Shown here in pieces: positions 25,354 through 33,591 of a stretch of DNA of 55,724 bases. The notes below the pieces were generated by a model, which did no database searches, was not told the DNA's origin, and saw only the letters and a program-made list of their open reading frames with translations. The stretch is from a virus (taxonomy: Duplodnaviria; Caudoviricetes): positions 1 to 55,724 of IMG/VR virus record IMGVR_UViG_3300030328_002903, one strand, 5' to 3'. Numbering within the stretch: the stretch's first letter is position 1; the number at the start of each line of letters is the position of its first letter. The translations under genes were made by a program, and so were the position numbers.

Positions 25354-25382
25354 TTGACTTTCAAGTAAACTACAATTATCTT
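25354..25382 (+). promoter_or_regulatory. sigma70 promoter
   Basis: TTGACT-N17-TATCTT. Confidence 0.65.
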
Positions 25383-25426
25383 AGTTATATTGCTTTTAAT
25401 TATTACATTTAAACAAGGAGAAAATT

Positions 25427-25816
25427 ATGACAAAGATTACTAGCATAGATCGTGCAACATGTACCAAGTTGCGAGAATCTTTAAACGAGAAACTTTCTAA
25501 CATATTAAAAGAAGAACTAGGTATTACCTTAGACTTTGGTAATGCTTCTTTTGATAGTGACTCTGTTACTTTCAAGTGTCGTATTGCGATTGAAGGTGCG
25601 AGGAGCGAGAACGATAAGTCTTTGGAGTTCATTAAACCTTACATGTCTCATATTGATTTTGATAAAGAGGCAAGAATAGGGAAGTATTTATTTAAGATTG
25701 TAGGTTATCGAAACAAGGCAAGAACGAAACCTTGGTTATGTCGTAATGAGTTTGATGGCAAGAATTATGTTTTACCTCAAAGTGATATTGATGCTCACTT
25801 TAGGAAAGCGTCATGA
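25427..25816 (+). CDS. hypothetical protein
   Basis: 129 aa, AAGGAG SD. Confidence 0.8.
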   Translation: MTKITSIDRATCTKLRESLNEKLSNILKEELGITLDFGNASFDSDSVTFKCRIAIEGARSENDKSLEFIKPYMSHIDFDKEARIGKYLFKIVGYRNKARTKPWLCRNEFDGKNYVLPQSDIDAHFRKAS

Positions 25817-25983
25817 GGATAGTTCCTTGTGAGAATGGTATTGGTGAGTGGGAGATTGATCCCACTCACGAAACCTTTGACACTTATGCAGAGGCAGAGG
25901 AGCATTTGCGTAAGTTAGAAGACGAGATGTCTTTAGTGAATATTCAAATGGATTTATATAGATTATTAGAGGGGAGAGAATAA
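25813..25983 (+). CDS. 56-aa acidic hypothetical protein (not in ORF track)
   Basis: ATGA and TAATG coupling to both neighbours. Confidence 0.65.
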   Translation: MRIVPCENGIGEWEIDPTHETFDTYAEAEEHLRKLEDEMSLVNIQMDLYRLLEGRE

Positions 25984-26249
25984 TGAAAACTAAAAATAAT
26001 TTATCTGGTGATATTACCTTATTAAAGGAAGATCGAATAGAACTACTAAGGCTTATTCATTTACTTGATAGCATGTTAGAAAATGCAAGTGAAACATTTG
26101 ATTTTCATTTATCTGATCTTAGAACTTTATCAGAACTGCAATGGACACTTATTCGTAAGTTAAATCTTGTACAAAATCATGAAAAAGAAACGAGATATAT
26201 AAGCCCATTTATATTAAGAGAGGACGAGAAGGGAGAAGGTAATGCCTAA
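25983..26249 (+). CDS. hypothetical protein
   Basis: 88 aa, coupled. Confidence 0.7.
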   Translation: MKTKNNLSGDITLLKEDRIELLRLIHLLDSMLENASETFDFHLSDLRTLSELQWTLIRKLNLVQNHEKETRYISPFILREDEKGEGNA

Positions 26250-26640
26250 TCATTGTACAAACGAAGTGTATATAAGTTTCAAGGATCGAGCAGCGACAGA
26301 CGAGTTTCTTGAATTTGTAAAAGGTGTAGACCAAGAGGGAGATGAGTTACCCTTTACGTTCAACGCAATTAATCCATTACCAAATGGCAAGTGGGATTAT
26401 GATTGGTGTTGGAAGAATTGGGGAACGAAATGGGATGCCTACGATGTTGAGTTTGAAGATGAAGAAGAGGAGTTTTTACGCATAAACTTTTTAACTGCAT
26501 GGGGACCACCTACTCCTATTTTAGAAAGGATCATGGCAAATTCTGGAGATAAGATTGAATATGTCAGATGGTTTTATCGTGACGAGGCAGACATGTTTTG
26601 TGGTTATCTTGATGTAGATGTGGGGGTTAATGATGAGTAA
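26242..26640 (+). CDS. YubB/DUF1281 ferredoxin-like domain protein
   Basis: MPNHC.N...DW...NWGTKW...F.TAWGPP. Confidence 0.75.
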   Translation: MPNHCTNEVYISFKDRAATDEFLEFVKGVDQEGDELPFTFNAINPLPNGKWDYDWCWKNWGTKWDAYDVEFEDEEEEFLRINFLTAWGPPTPILERIMANSGDKIEYVRWFYRDEADMFCGYLDVDVGVNDE

Positions 26641-26800
26641 AAAGAAAAAATATTCTGATAATGAATCTTCCATTAATTTTCATTTAGATCATATGATAGC
26701 AGAGCATTTAGATATTACAGTAGATGAAGTTGATGAAATGGATTTGTATGTTGTCAAAAAATTAAGAGAATTTTTTAAAAATAAAAAGGGAGAAAAATGA
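26630..26800 (+). CDS. hypothetical protein
   Basis: 56 aa, coupled. Confidence 0.6.
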   Translation: MMSKKKKYSDNESSINFHLDHMIAEHLDITVDEVDEMDLYVVKKLREFFKNKKGEK

Positions 26801-26988
26801 TGGGTAGAGTAAAAGAATTACTTATGGAAGGTGAAGATTTATTTTATGCTTCATTGGACGAGGGCATGACGAATGACCAAGCATTGGATCAAGTAGCAAG
26901 TGTTTTTGGCACGATGGTTCGAGATGGAGTGGAAGCCCAACATGAATTAGAATGTTCGATAGGTTATATGGAGAGAGAAGATGGATAA
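26797..26988 (+). CDS. hypothetical protein
   Basis: MGRVKELLME N-terminus, GGGAG SD. Confidence 0.65.
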   Translation: MMGRVKELLMEGEDLFYASLDEGMTNDQALDQVASVFGTMVRDGVEAQHELECSIGYMEREDG

Positions 26989-27193
26989 TAAAAGACATGG
27001 CTTTCCTTTTGATAGGGGAAGTGCAGACGCATATTATGGCAGACCTTTTGACCCTCACTATTGGAGTGAGGGTACTTATTATGGATCTCGAACTGAACTA
27101 AGCGACATGACACCAGAAGAGATTGTTTCTTACACTCGAGGTTACAACCAACAAGAAGATAGAAAAAATTGGGGAGATGAAGATGTCTATTAA
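26981..27193 (+). CDS. conserved phage hypothetical protein
   Basis: HG.PFDRGSADAYYGR..DPHY...Y.RGY. Confidence 0.75.
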   Translation: MDNKRHGFPFDRGSADAYYGRPFDPHYWSEGTYYGSRTELSDMTPEEIVSYTRGYNQQEDRKNWGDEDVY

Positions 27194-27350
27194 TGACAAT
27201 GACATATCTTATGTAACTGTGAAGATAGTGCATAAGAAAGGTCAAGATATACAAGATATAATATCTGATTGTGATTATAATTTTAGTCACCAGGATATTA
27301 TTGATACTGAAATTTTAGAAGTATGGGAGGTTTATAGTGACAAGACTTAG
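27183..27350 (+). CDS. hypothetical protein
   Basis: GGAG SD 6 nt upstream of ATG 27183. Confidence 0.6.
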   Translation: MSINDNDISYVTVKIVHKKGQDIQDIISDCDYNFSHQDIIDTEILEVWEVYSDKT

Positions 27351-28797
27351 ACATGTAGATTTATGTAGTGGGATAGGTGGTTTTAGCTTGGGATTTTCTT
27401 GGGCTGAACTATCTAACACTATTATGTTCTGCGACACAGAGAAGTGGTGCAGACAAATACTTAACAAAAATTTTCCAAACATACCTATAGCTACAGATGT
27501 AAAGGAGTTAGCTAATGACCCAGAAAGAAATGTTCCCAACCACGACATCCTCACGGCAGGATACCCATGTCAACCATTCTCAGTCGCCGGACTTAGGAAA
27601 GGCGAAAAAGATGACCGCCACATCTGGCCGTACATCTTTAGAATTGTTACATGCAAAAGACCATCTTGGTGCGTTTTCGAAAACGTTTATGGTCACGTTG
27701 CCTTGGGCCTCGACAAAGTGCTCGCTGACTTGGAAAGTGAAGGCTACGCCACAAGGACGTTTATTGTTCCAGCTTGTTCCAAAAATGCTCCCCATAGAAG
27801 AGATCGACTCTGGCTCATCTGCAAAAATGTGGAGGACTCCACTAGTGGACGACTCGAAGAACGTAACTCCAAATCCCAAGAGGCATCAAGGTCTGTACGC
27901 ACAAGTGCAAGAGACGGGGATGGAGAAACTTTGGGCGACTCCTCGTGTAGGGGGAGAGGAAGGCTTCGAGTCAGTAGAGAAGAGATTGGGAACTCAAGCA
28001 GCCAAGAAGCACAATCTGTACTCGCAAGTTCAGTACGAGGAGATGTGGGCGACACCAAACACAATGGATCATCTACCCCCAAGATCAGAGGAAGCAACGA
28101 AGAAGATGCAAGAAGGTCACAGAAAGGGGAGATCGAAACCAAGCAATCTGAGGGAGCAAGTGGACGAGCAGACCATGAAACTATGGCCTACACCAAATGC
28201 TTGGGATGGGAACAGAGGTCCGAGGAGCAAGGAGAATTTGATCGAGAAGAACCATCAGATCAACTTGATTTCAGCAGTGAAGGACGCACAAGATCCAGAT
28301 CCGGTTCACATGTGGCCTACACCTCGAGCGAGGGATTACAAGGACGGAACTTCGATACCACCTTCAATCAAGGAAGGGAAGAGGAGTCACAACTTGGGAA
28401 CGAAAGTTCAAGAACAAGAGAAGATGTGGCCGACACCAGATGCGAACATGGGAGCAAGGGGAACACAACCGACTTGGACAAAGACACGGCCAAGTGGTCA
28501 TCCAGCACAGTACACGATCAATCAAGCAGTGCGAGACAACCCAACGCAAGAGAAGATGTGGCCGACACCAACAGCCAACGAGCATCACGCGGGGCAACCA
28601 ACGGGAAACATGCAAAAGATGTTAGGCAATCATCAAGACTTGGGGAAGACGAAGGCATCTGGTTCGCTGAACCCAACATTCGTAGAGTGGCTCATGGGAT
28701 ACCCAAAAGGGTGGACAGACTTAAAGGACTAGGCAATGCCATTGTTCCACAAATTGCCATGCAAATTGGATTAGCGATTAAGGCGGAATTAGAATGA
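27337..28797 (+). CDS. DNA (cytosine-5)-methyltransferase, catalytic 'alpha' subunit (motifs I-VIII and X, no IX)
   Basis: DLCSGIGG (I), GYPCQPFS (IV), FENV (VI), HRRDRLW (VIII), LGNAIVP (X); GGGAGG SD before GTG. Confidence 0.9.
   Translation: MTRLRHVDLCSGIGGFSLGFSWAELSNTIMFCDTEKWCRQILNKNFPNIPIATDVKELANDPERNVPNHDILTAGYPCQPFSVAGLRKGEKDDRHIWPYIFRIVTCKRPSWCVFENVYGHVALGLDKVLADLESEGYATRTFIVPACSKNAPHRRDRLWLICKNVEDSTSGRLEERNSKSQEASRSVRTSARDGDGETLGDSSCRGRGRLRVSREEIGNSSSQEAQSVLASSVRGDVGDTKHNGSSTPKIRGSNEEDARRSQKGEIETKQSEGASGRADHETMAYTKCLGWEQRSEEQGEFDREEPSDQLDFSSEGRTRSRSGSHVAYTSSEGLQGRNFDTTFNQGREEESQLGNESSRTREDVADTRCEHGSKGNTTDLDKDTAKWSSSTVHDQSSSARQPNAREDVADTNSQRASRGATNGKHAKDVRQSSRLGEDEGIWFAEPNIRRVAHGIPKRVDRLKGLGNAIVPQIAMQIGLAIKAELE
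27515..28732 (+). CDS. nested +1-frame methyltransferase 'beta' subunit: 7 W-x-T-P modules plus motif IX
   Basis: AAGGAG SD 7 nt before ATG; 405 stop-free codons; C-terminal LNPTFVEWLMGYPKGWT. Confidence 0.8.
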   Translation: MTQKEMFPTTTSSRQDTHVNHSQSPDLGKAKKMTATSGRTSLELLHAKDHLGAFSKTFMVTLPWASTKCSLTWKVKATPQGRLLFQLVPKMLPIEEIDSGSSAKMWRTPLVDDSKNVTPNPKRHQGLYAQVQETGMEKLWATPRVGGEEGFESVEKRLGTQAAKKHNLYSQVQYEEMWATPNTMDHLPPRSEEATKKMQEGHRKGRSKPSNLREQVDEQTMKLWPTPNAWDGNRGPRSKENLIEKNHQINLISAVKDAQDPDPVHMWPTPRARDYKDGTSIPPSIKEGKRSHNLGTKVQEQEKMWPTPDANMGARGTQPTWTKTRPSGHPAQYTINQAVRDNPTQEKMWPTPTANEHHAGQPTGNMQKMLGNHQDLGKTKASGSLNPTFVEWLMGYPKGWTDLKD

Positions 28798-29141
28798 CAG
28801 TTCCTTTAACAAAGAAACAATTTTTAACTCTGGGGTATACTCTTTTAGCTAAGAAGAAAGGCATCGATCCTACTTGCCGGAATGTTTTGGAATTGATGAA
28901 AGAACACAAGGCTTTTAGAACGGAAAAATGTTGTCGAGAACTTAGTGAGAACGCAAAGGGAAAAGAGTATGGTGAGTATCAAAATATGAGAAGTACCTTT
29001 GCCCAATTGGAGCACTATCATAAAGTTGTGATTGGTAAACCCATTGCTTGTTTTGTTCCATCTAATGGTAGACCAAGCAATGGTTTCTATCCTACGGAAA
29101 AAGGTATGAATATTTTAAAGGAGAGAATTAATGACACTTAA
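28794..29141 (+). CDS. hypothetical protein (possibly winged helix)
   Basis: 115 aa, ATGA coupling; ends Y.TEKG. Confidence 0.7.
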   Translation: MTVPLTKKQFLTLGYTLLAKKKGIDPTCRNVLELMKEHKAFRTEKCCRELSENAKGKEYGEYQNMRSTFAQLEHYHKVVIGKPIACFVPSNGRPSNGFYPTEKGMNILKERINDT

Positions 29142-29415
29142 AAGAAAATGGTGGATATACCACAATGAAAATCCTCATGTTTATGAGCTTGTCGAGCGTT
29201 TCACATTTGAAGTTATCAAACGAGGGTTTGAGCATTACTCAATCAATTCAGTTTTTGAACGCATTAGGTGGCACACGGATGTGGAAACTTATGGTGAGGA
29301 ATTTAAGTTATCCAACAACCATCGTGCTTACTATGCTCGGTACTTTATGCACAACCATCCAGAGTACAAAGGATTTTTTAGAACTAAGGAGATTACTAAT
29401 GAAAAACAACTGTGA
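29131..29415 (+). CDS. conserved phage hypothetical protein
   Basis: H.ENPHVY...ERIRW...KL.NN...YYAR.F. Confidence 0.8.
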   Translation: MTLKRKWWIYHNENPHVYELVERFTFEVIKRGFEHYSINSVFERIRWHTDVETYGEEFKLSNNHRAYYARYFMHNHPEYKGFFRTKEITNEKQL

Positions 29416-29566
29416 TTTTTTAAGAGAAAGTTTGTCTAAGTTTTGGGATAAACTGGATAGAGAAGCAGATGATGCCAAAGATATCATACAAACTCTGAGG
29501 TCTGTATGTGAATACAACATTAAGATATGGGAAAGAAAACGTGGTAATGAAGATAAAAAGAATTAA
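29399..29566 (+). CDS. hypothetical protein
   Basis: AAGGAG SD before ATG 29399. Confidence 0.6.
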   Translation: MKNNCDFLRESLSKFWDKLDREADDAKDIIQTLRSVCEYNIKIWERKRGNEDKKN

Positions 29567-29687
29567 TCCAGTTGCCAAGGTTCTTAGGAGTGATCCTCGA
29601 TTTAAATCCAGGGTCATTCCAAATAAAAAGAAAGAAGAACAGAAGGTTAGAAACAAAAAACGAGGGCAAGATTATGAACGTATTTAA
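29547..29687 (+). CDS. 46-aa basic ArfA-like protein (not in ORF track)
   Basis: MKIKRINPVAKVLRSDPRFKSRVIPNKKKEEQKVRNKKRGQDYERI. Confidence 0.6.
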   Translation: MKIKRINPVAKVLRSDPRFKSRVIPNKKKEEQKVRNKKRGQDYERI

Positions 29688-29865
29688 ATCTTATTCTTTA
29701 AGTAAGTTCGATTTAAAAAAAGGAAACATCTATAAGTATGTAGATAAAGAGACATTTAATTGGCTTATTGATGAAGCTATTACCAATAGGGTAGATAATC
29801 TAGGTATTATAATCGCAGCTATTATAAAGGATGCACATTATGAAGGACGAGATAAGGAGCATTAA
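29674..29865 (+). CDS. hypothetical protein
   Basis: GAGG SD before ATG 29674. Confidence 0.65.
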   Translation: MNVFKSYSLSKFDLKKGNIYKYVDKETFNWLIDEAITNRVDNLGIIIAAIIKDAHYEGRDKEH

Positions 29866-30034
29866 TCCGGCAGAAGAATATGAATTGAACTTTTTGAGAA
29901 ATCGAGTGGATGCATTACAGGAAAGAAGCTATCTCGATGCAACACACCATGACCTTTCCAATGATGCCAAGAAAGCACGGAAAGAATTAAAAGAATTTGT
30001 AATTAAACTTAGGAAAAAAGGAGTCAACATATGA
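29840..30034 (+). CDS. hypothetical protein
   Basis: coiled-coil 64 aa. Confidence 0.65.
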   Translation: MKDEIRSINPAEEYELNFLRNRVDALQERSYLDATHHDLSNDAKKARKELKEFVIKLRKKGVNI

Positions 30035-30339
30035 CAGATGAATTAGATGAACACGGGAACTTAAAACCACCAGTATCTTTTTATACTAATCCAAAGGATC
30101 AGATTAAGCAGATACTTGTAGAGTATTTGACGGATACTGGTAGTGGATTTGCAGTTACTGAACAAGGGGATCAAGTCTTCCTTAATGAGAGGATTGTATC
30201 TCGTATGGATGTTCAACCAGGAGATGTGTTTGACGCACATGTACTCCTAAACTACGCAGACAAGAGAGATAAGATCAAGTACCGAGCCATGAGAGTCGTA
30301 GCCCCGGATGTAATTGCACCCATCTTTCAAGATACTTGA
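30031..30339 (+). CDS. hypothetical protein (OB/cold-shock-like fold possible)
   Basis: GSGFAVT..GDQVFL pattern; AGGAG SD. Confidence 0.65.
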   Translation: MTDELDEHGNLKPPVSFYTNPKDQIKQILVEYLTDTGSGFAVTEQGDQVFLNERIVSRMDVQPGDVFDAHVLLNYADKRDKIKYRAMRVVAPDVIAPIFQDT

Positions 30340-30364
30340 CGTTTAGAAACAATTTTTATATAAG
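30336..30364 (+). promoter_or_regulatory. sigma70-like promoter
   Basis: TTGACG-N17-TATAAG. Confidence 0.55.
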
Positions 30365-30392
30365 AATATTGTAAAGTCGCAAAGGAGATAAG

Positions 30393-30575
30393 ATGAGTGA
30401 TAAGTTTTTAAATTTAAGTACTTTAAAAGTGGAGCAACCATTTAAAAATGTAGCACTACTTCCAGAAGATCATGCAATGCTAAAGAAGATAGCAGATGCA
30501 GACCAAAGAACCATGACAAGACAGTTATCGGTTATAATACGAAATGAATTTGACAAGTGGTCACTAGAAAAATGA
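30393..30575 (+). CDS. ribbon-helix-helix (Arc-like) DNA-binding protein
   Basis: KNVAL.PEDHAMLKKIADADQRTMTRQLSVII. Confidence 0.65.
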   Translation: MSDKFLNLSTLKVEQPFKNVALLPEDHAMLKKIADADQRTMTRQLSVIIRNEFDKWSLEK

Positions 30576-30769
30576 AACAAATTATGTTGTTTAGTATGCT
30601 AGCGGTGTTTTCTTTTGATACGGAACAACAATGCGAGGAAGCCGCAAAGCATTTTCATAAACATGAATATGTTGAGGGTGGATGTTGGAAGAGTTTTGAA
30701 TATGTTATGGAAGCTCCACTTCCACGACCCAAGGATTTATTTAAATCAGTAAGTGGAGGTAGAGAGTGA
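30572..30769 (+). CDS. small exported hypothetical protein
   Basis: hydrophobic N-terminus, F.T.QQCE.A...C. Confidence 0.6.
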   Translation: MKQIMLFSMLAVFSFDTEQQCEEAAKHFHKHEYVEGGCWKSFEYVMEAPLPRPKDLFKSVSGGRE

Positions 30770-30930
30770 TGCTATGCTATAGATGTGGTAGCGAAAGTGA
30801 ACCATTATATGTTCATGGACATATACAATGTTCTATCTGTAATCAAGTTATAGATGATTGTTGCCAAGGAGAAATGTGTGAAAAAGAGGTGACAGAAGAT
30901 GAGATCCGTGATAAAATAGAACCATTGTAA
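30769..30930 (+). CDS. 53-aa zinc-ribbon protein (not in ORF track)
   Basis: C..CG...VHGH.QC..C....DCCQGE; GGAGG SD. Confidence 0.7.
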   Translation: MLCYRCGSESEPLYVHGHIQCSICNQVIDDCCQGEMCEKEVTEDEIRDKIEPL

Positions 30931-31029
30931 ACCATCTTGTAAATCATGGTTTTCTCCCAAGACTCCATAGCCTGTGGAGTCGCAAACTCGGGGGGTAAAA
31001 GGTTAAAGATAATTTACCTCCCATTTTTT

Positions 31030-31233
31030 TTATATAGATCCCCACCTGATTCTTTTTTCTTCAATAATTAAATGAGAGGGTATTCTAGGTAAGGTTATTT
31101 TCTTCCTACTTTGTGGCCTATTGTATAATTCTCTGCATAAAGTTGAACAATATTTTTTCCCTGCTTGTTTATAAAGCATCTCTGTTCCACAGGCTATACA
31201 ATTACTTTTACCTTTATATTTATTAACTCTCAT
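31030..31233 (-). CDS. zinc-finger protein
   Basis: CIACG...KYCSTLC. Confidence 0.65.
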   Translation of the reverse strand: MRVNKYKGKSNCIACGTEMLYKQAGKKYCSTLCRELYNRPQSRKKITLPRIPSHLIIEEKRIRWGSI

Positions 31234-31234
31234 T

Positions 31235-31480
31235 TTATTTCCTTTTAAGTTCGTTAAATTTACCCCTCTTACCTTTCAATAATCTTTCTGGCTCCTTCGA
31301 GTAACCACGTATCTGTGTGACGTTGTCACGTTTCATATATTTTAAAAAAGTTTCTGCTATCTCTGGTGATAAACCACTAATTTGTGATATGGCAGTGGAT
31401 GCGTTCTTTAAATTGGTCCAACCTTTTTTATAGTCGCATACTGCTTCTATGAATTGTTCTTGGGTTTTAAACTTAGCCAT
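31235..31480 (-). CDS. hypothetical protein
   Basis: 81 aa, overlaps helicase end. Confidence 0.7.
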   Translation of the reverse strand: MAKFKTQEQFIEAVCDYKKGWTNLKNASTAISQISGLSPEIAETFLKYMKRDNVTQIRGYSKEPERLLKGKRGKFNELKRK

Positions 31481-32919
31481 TGTCTCGCTTCCTCTCCTAA
31501 TACTTTTGCACTTAAATTAATTTTATTTCTTAATGACTTCACAATCTGTTCATCAATCGTTCCTTCAGATATTAAGTCAACATAAGTTACAGGATTATTT
31601 TGTCCTATTCTGTGGCATCTATCTTCTGATTGCATTCTCGTATCCAAATTAAAATCGTTGGCATAGTATACAACTAAGTTAGCTTCAGTTAAAGTTAAAC
31701 CATATCCAGCAGTAGCCGGATTACCAACAAAAAATCTTGTTGTATGATCTGGATTTTGAAAGTTCTCAATAATTCTTTGTCTTTTTTCATCTGGTGTGTC
31801 ACCAAAAAAAGATGCAGCAGAAGCAGGTCCAAACTTTTCATTCAGAACCTTAGTGATTTGTATAATATCGTATCTGAATCTGGACCAGATGATCGCTTTA
31901 CCATCATGTTCTTGTAGTATTTCTTCTAGGGCCTCCATTCTTTTTGATGGGAAGTAAACCATTTCACCATCATCTGTTTTCAAATGACCAGACATAACCT
32001 GTTGCAACCTCAACATCTGTGTAATAACGGCGGGGGCTGTAACCAATTCACCATTGTCAAGAAGAAGCATAGCTTTTCTCTTTAAATCTTCATACATTTT
32101 TAATTGTTCTAACGTAAGAGTTACATATCGAGCCGTGTAAAGTTTATCCGGTAAGTCAAGACAATCTTTTTTTAATACACGATAAGAATATAAATCAAGG
32201 AGCGAGGTTAAAGAATCAAGTTGCCTATACCCTACAACTTGTTGAAAGGAGTGTGCTCCCATTGATCTTCTATTTATAACTGCATACTTACCTTGAAAAC
32301 TGTAGTATGATTCATGCCCTAATAATCCTGGTCTAAGGAACTCACATTGCTGATAGATATCTAGTGGTGATCGTGTCACAGGTGATCCAGTTAATATTCT
32401 TTTGTACTTGAAACCTTGCGAAATCTTCACTAAATTTTTAGAGCGTTTGGCCTTGTGGTTTTTTATGGTGGTTGATTCGTCAATGGCTATTAGACCAAAG
32501 CTGCCAAACGCACCAGACAACCATTCCCCTGCTTTTTTTCCTTTAATCGTGGAGAAAGATTCAACGTTCATAACGAAGATAGTTAACCCGGAAAAAGATT
32601 CTTTAATAGAACGCATCTCTTTTTCTTGTGACTTGCTTGGAGATGCTGTCCAACGAATCACTCTATGAGGTACTTCTGGAGACATGTGCTCCGGGATTTC
32701 TTTAGCTACCCAATTCCGGTATACTCCCTTTGGTGCTATGATGAGAGCGAAATTTACTTTTGCCTCGAGGAACATCATACCAAGTTCATCGATAAGAACT
32801 TTAGATTTACCAGTTCCCATTTCCATAAAATAACCATATTCTTTTTTGCCCCAGGCTTTATCTAAAGCAACTTGCTGATGCTCATATGGTTTTGTTTTAA
32901 ATTTATACTTGACAGTCAT
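31447..32919 (-). CDS. SNF2-family (DEXH-type) helicase
   Basis: MGTGKS, IDES, LTGSP, QSEDRCHRIGQ; AGGAGGT SD places start at 32919. Confidence 0.92.
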   Translation of the reverse strand: MTVKYKFKTKPYEHQQVALDKAWGKKEYGYFMEMGTGKSKVLIDELGMMFLEAKVNFALIIAPKGVYRNWVAKEIPEHMSPEVPHRVIRWTASPSKSQEKEMRSIKESFSGLTIFVMNVESFSTIKGKKAGEWLSGAFGSFGLIAIDESTTIKNHKAKRSKNLVKISQGFKYKRILTGSPVTRSPLDIYQQCEFLRPGLLGHESYYSFQGKYAVINRRSMGAHSFQQVVGYRQLDSLTSLLDLYSYRVLKKDCLDLPDKLYTARYVTLTLEQLKMYEDLKRKAMLLLDNGELVTAPAVITQMLRLQQVMSGHLKTDDGEMVYFPSKRMEALEEILQEHDGKAIIWSRFRYDIIQITKVLNEKFGPASAASFFGDTPDEKRQRIIENFQNPDHTTRFFVGNPATAGYGLTLTEANLVVYYANDFNLDTRMQSEDRCHRIGQNNPVTYVDLISEGTIDEQIVKSLRNKINLSAKVLGEEARQWLSLKPKNNS

Positions 32920-32969
32920 AACATACCTCCTATATACCAATATATACGGATGACGAAATGACTTGTCAA
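32909..32969. promoter_or_regulatory. overlapping divergent sigma70 promoters
   Basis: plus TTGACA 32909-14 / TATATA 32931-36; minus TTGACA 32969-64 / TATATA 32946-41. Confidence 0.55.
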
Positions 32970-33003
32970 TCCTTATCTGAACAAAAAAACAATGGAGGTT
33001 TAA

Positions 33004-33591
33004 ATGACAGATACAGTAAAAGTTAATATGTCAAAAGAAATATTTGACGAAGTCTTTGATGTTGCTGGTGCATTAAAAGATGTTAATGTTGAAACCAGTA
33101 AAGATCTTAGTTCTCTGGTTTCTCAAGTCCAGGAAGTAAATGATCAGATTGCAGACGTTGAAAGAGAGTTGAAGCGTCTGAATCAAATGAAACATAAACT
33201 TGAGTCAGAGCGTATCCCGGCTCTAATGGAAGAAATGGGTCAGACTAAAGGCACTTGGAATGGTGTGGAAGTAAAACTTGTACAGAAGATTGATGCAAAG
33301 ATTACGGAAGCAAACAAAGATCTTGCCTTTGCATGGCTTCGGGAGAATGGACATGATGGCATTATAAAGAATGATGTTTCCATGTCTTTCGATAAGGGTC
33401 AGGATAACTTGGTAGGAGATGTTATACATATCTTACGTGAGAAGGGGTTTGATCCTAAACAAAGAACCACTGTACATGGAAATACTTTAAAGAGTTTTAT
33501 AAGAGAGGGTCTTGAAAAAGGTATCTCTTTAGATCTCGATTTGTTAGGTGGATATGTTCGTAACGTTGCTACAATAGGGAGGAAAGCATAA
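33004..33591 (+). CDS. conserved replication-module protein
   Basis: AFAWLRENGH..IIK...VH.NTLKSF; GGAGG SD. Confidence 0.75.
   Translation: MTDTVKVNMSKEIFDEVFDVAGALKDVNVETSKDLSSLVSQVQEVNDQIADVERELKRLNQMKHKLESERIPALMEEMGQTKGTWNGVEVKLVQKIDAKITEANKDLAFAWLRENGHDGIIKNDVSMSFDKGQDNLVGDVIHILREKGFDPKQRTTVHGNTLKSFIREGLEKGISLDLDLLGGYVRNVATIGRKA

Noticed and set aside
27580-28625. Additional minus-strand and third-frame ORFs inside the methyltransferase
   Set aside because: By-products of the GC-richer dual-coding segment; no SD or motifs.
29165-29865. Long ORF-track starts at 29165 and 29572
   Set aside because: They overlap better-supported genes; SD-supported starts are 29399 and 29674.
21500-31030. 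tRNA genes
   Set aside because: No cloverleaf with a T-loop GTTCRA context found by eye in the intergenic gaps; tRNAscan-SE was not run.
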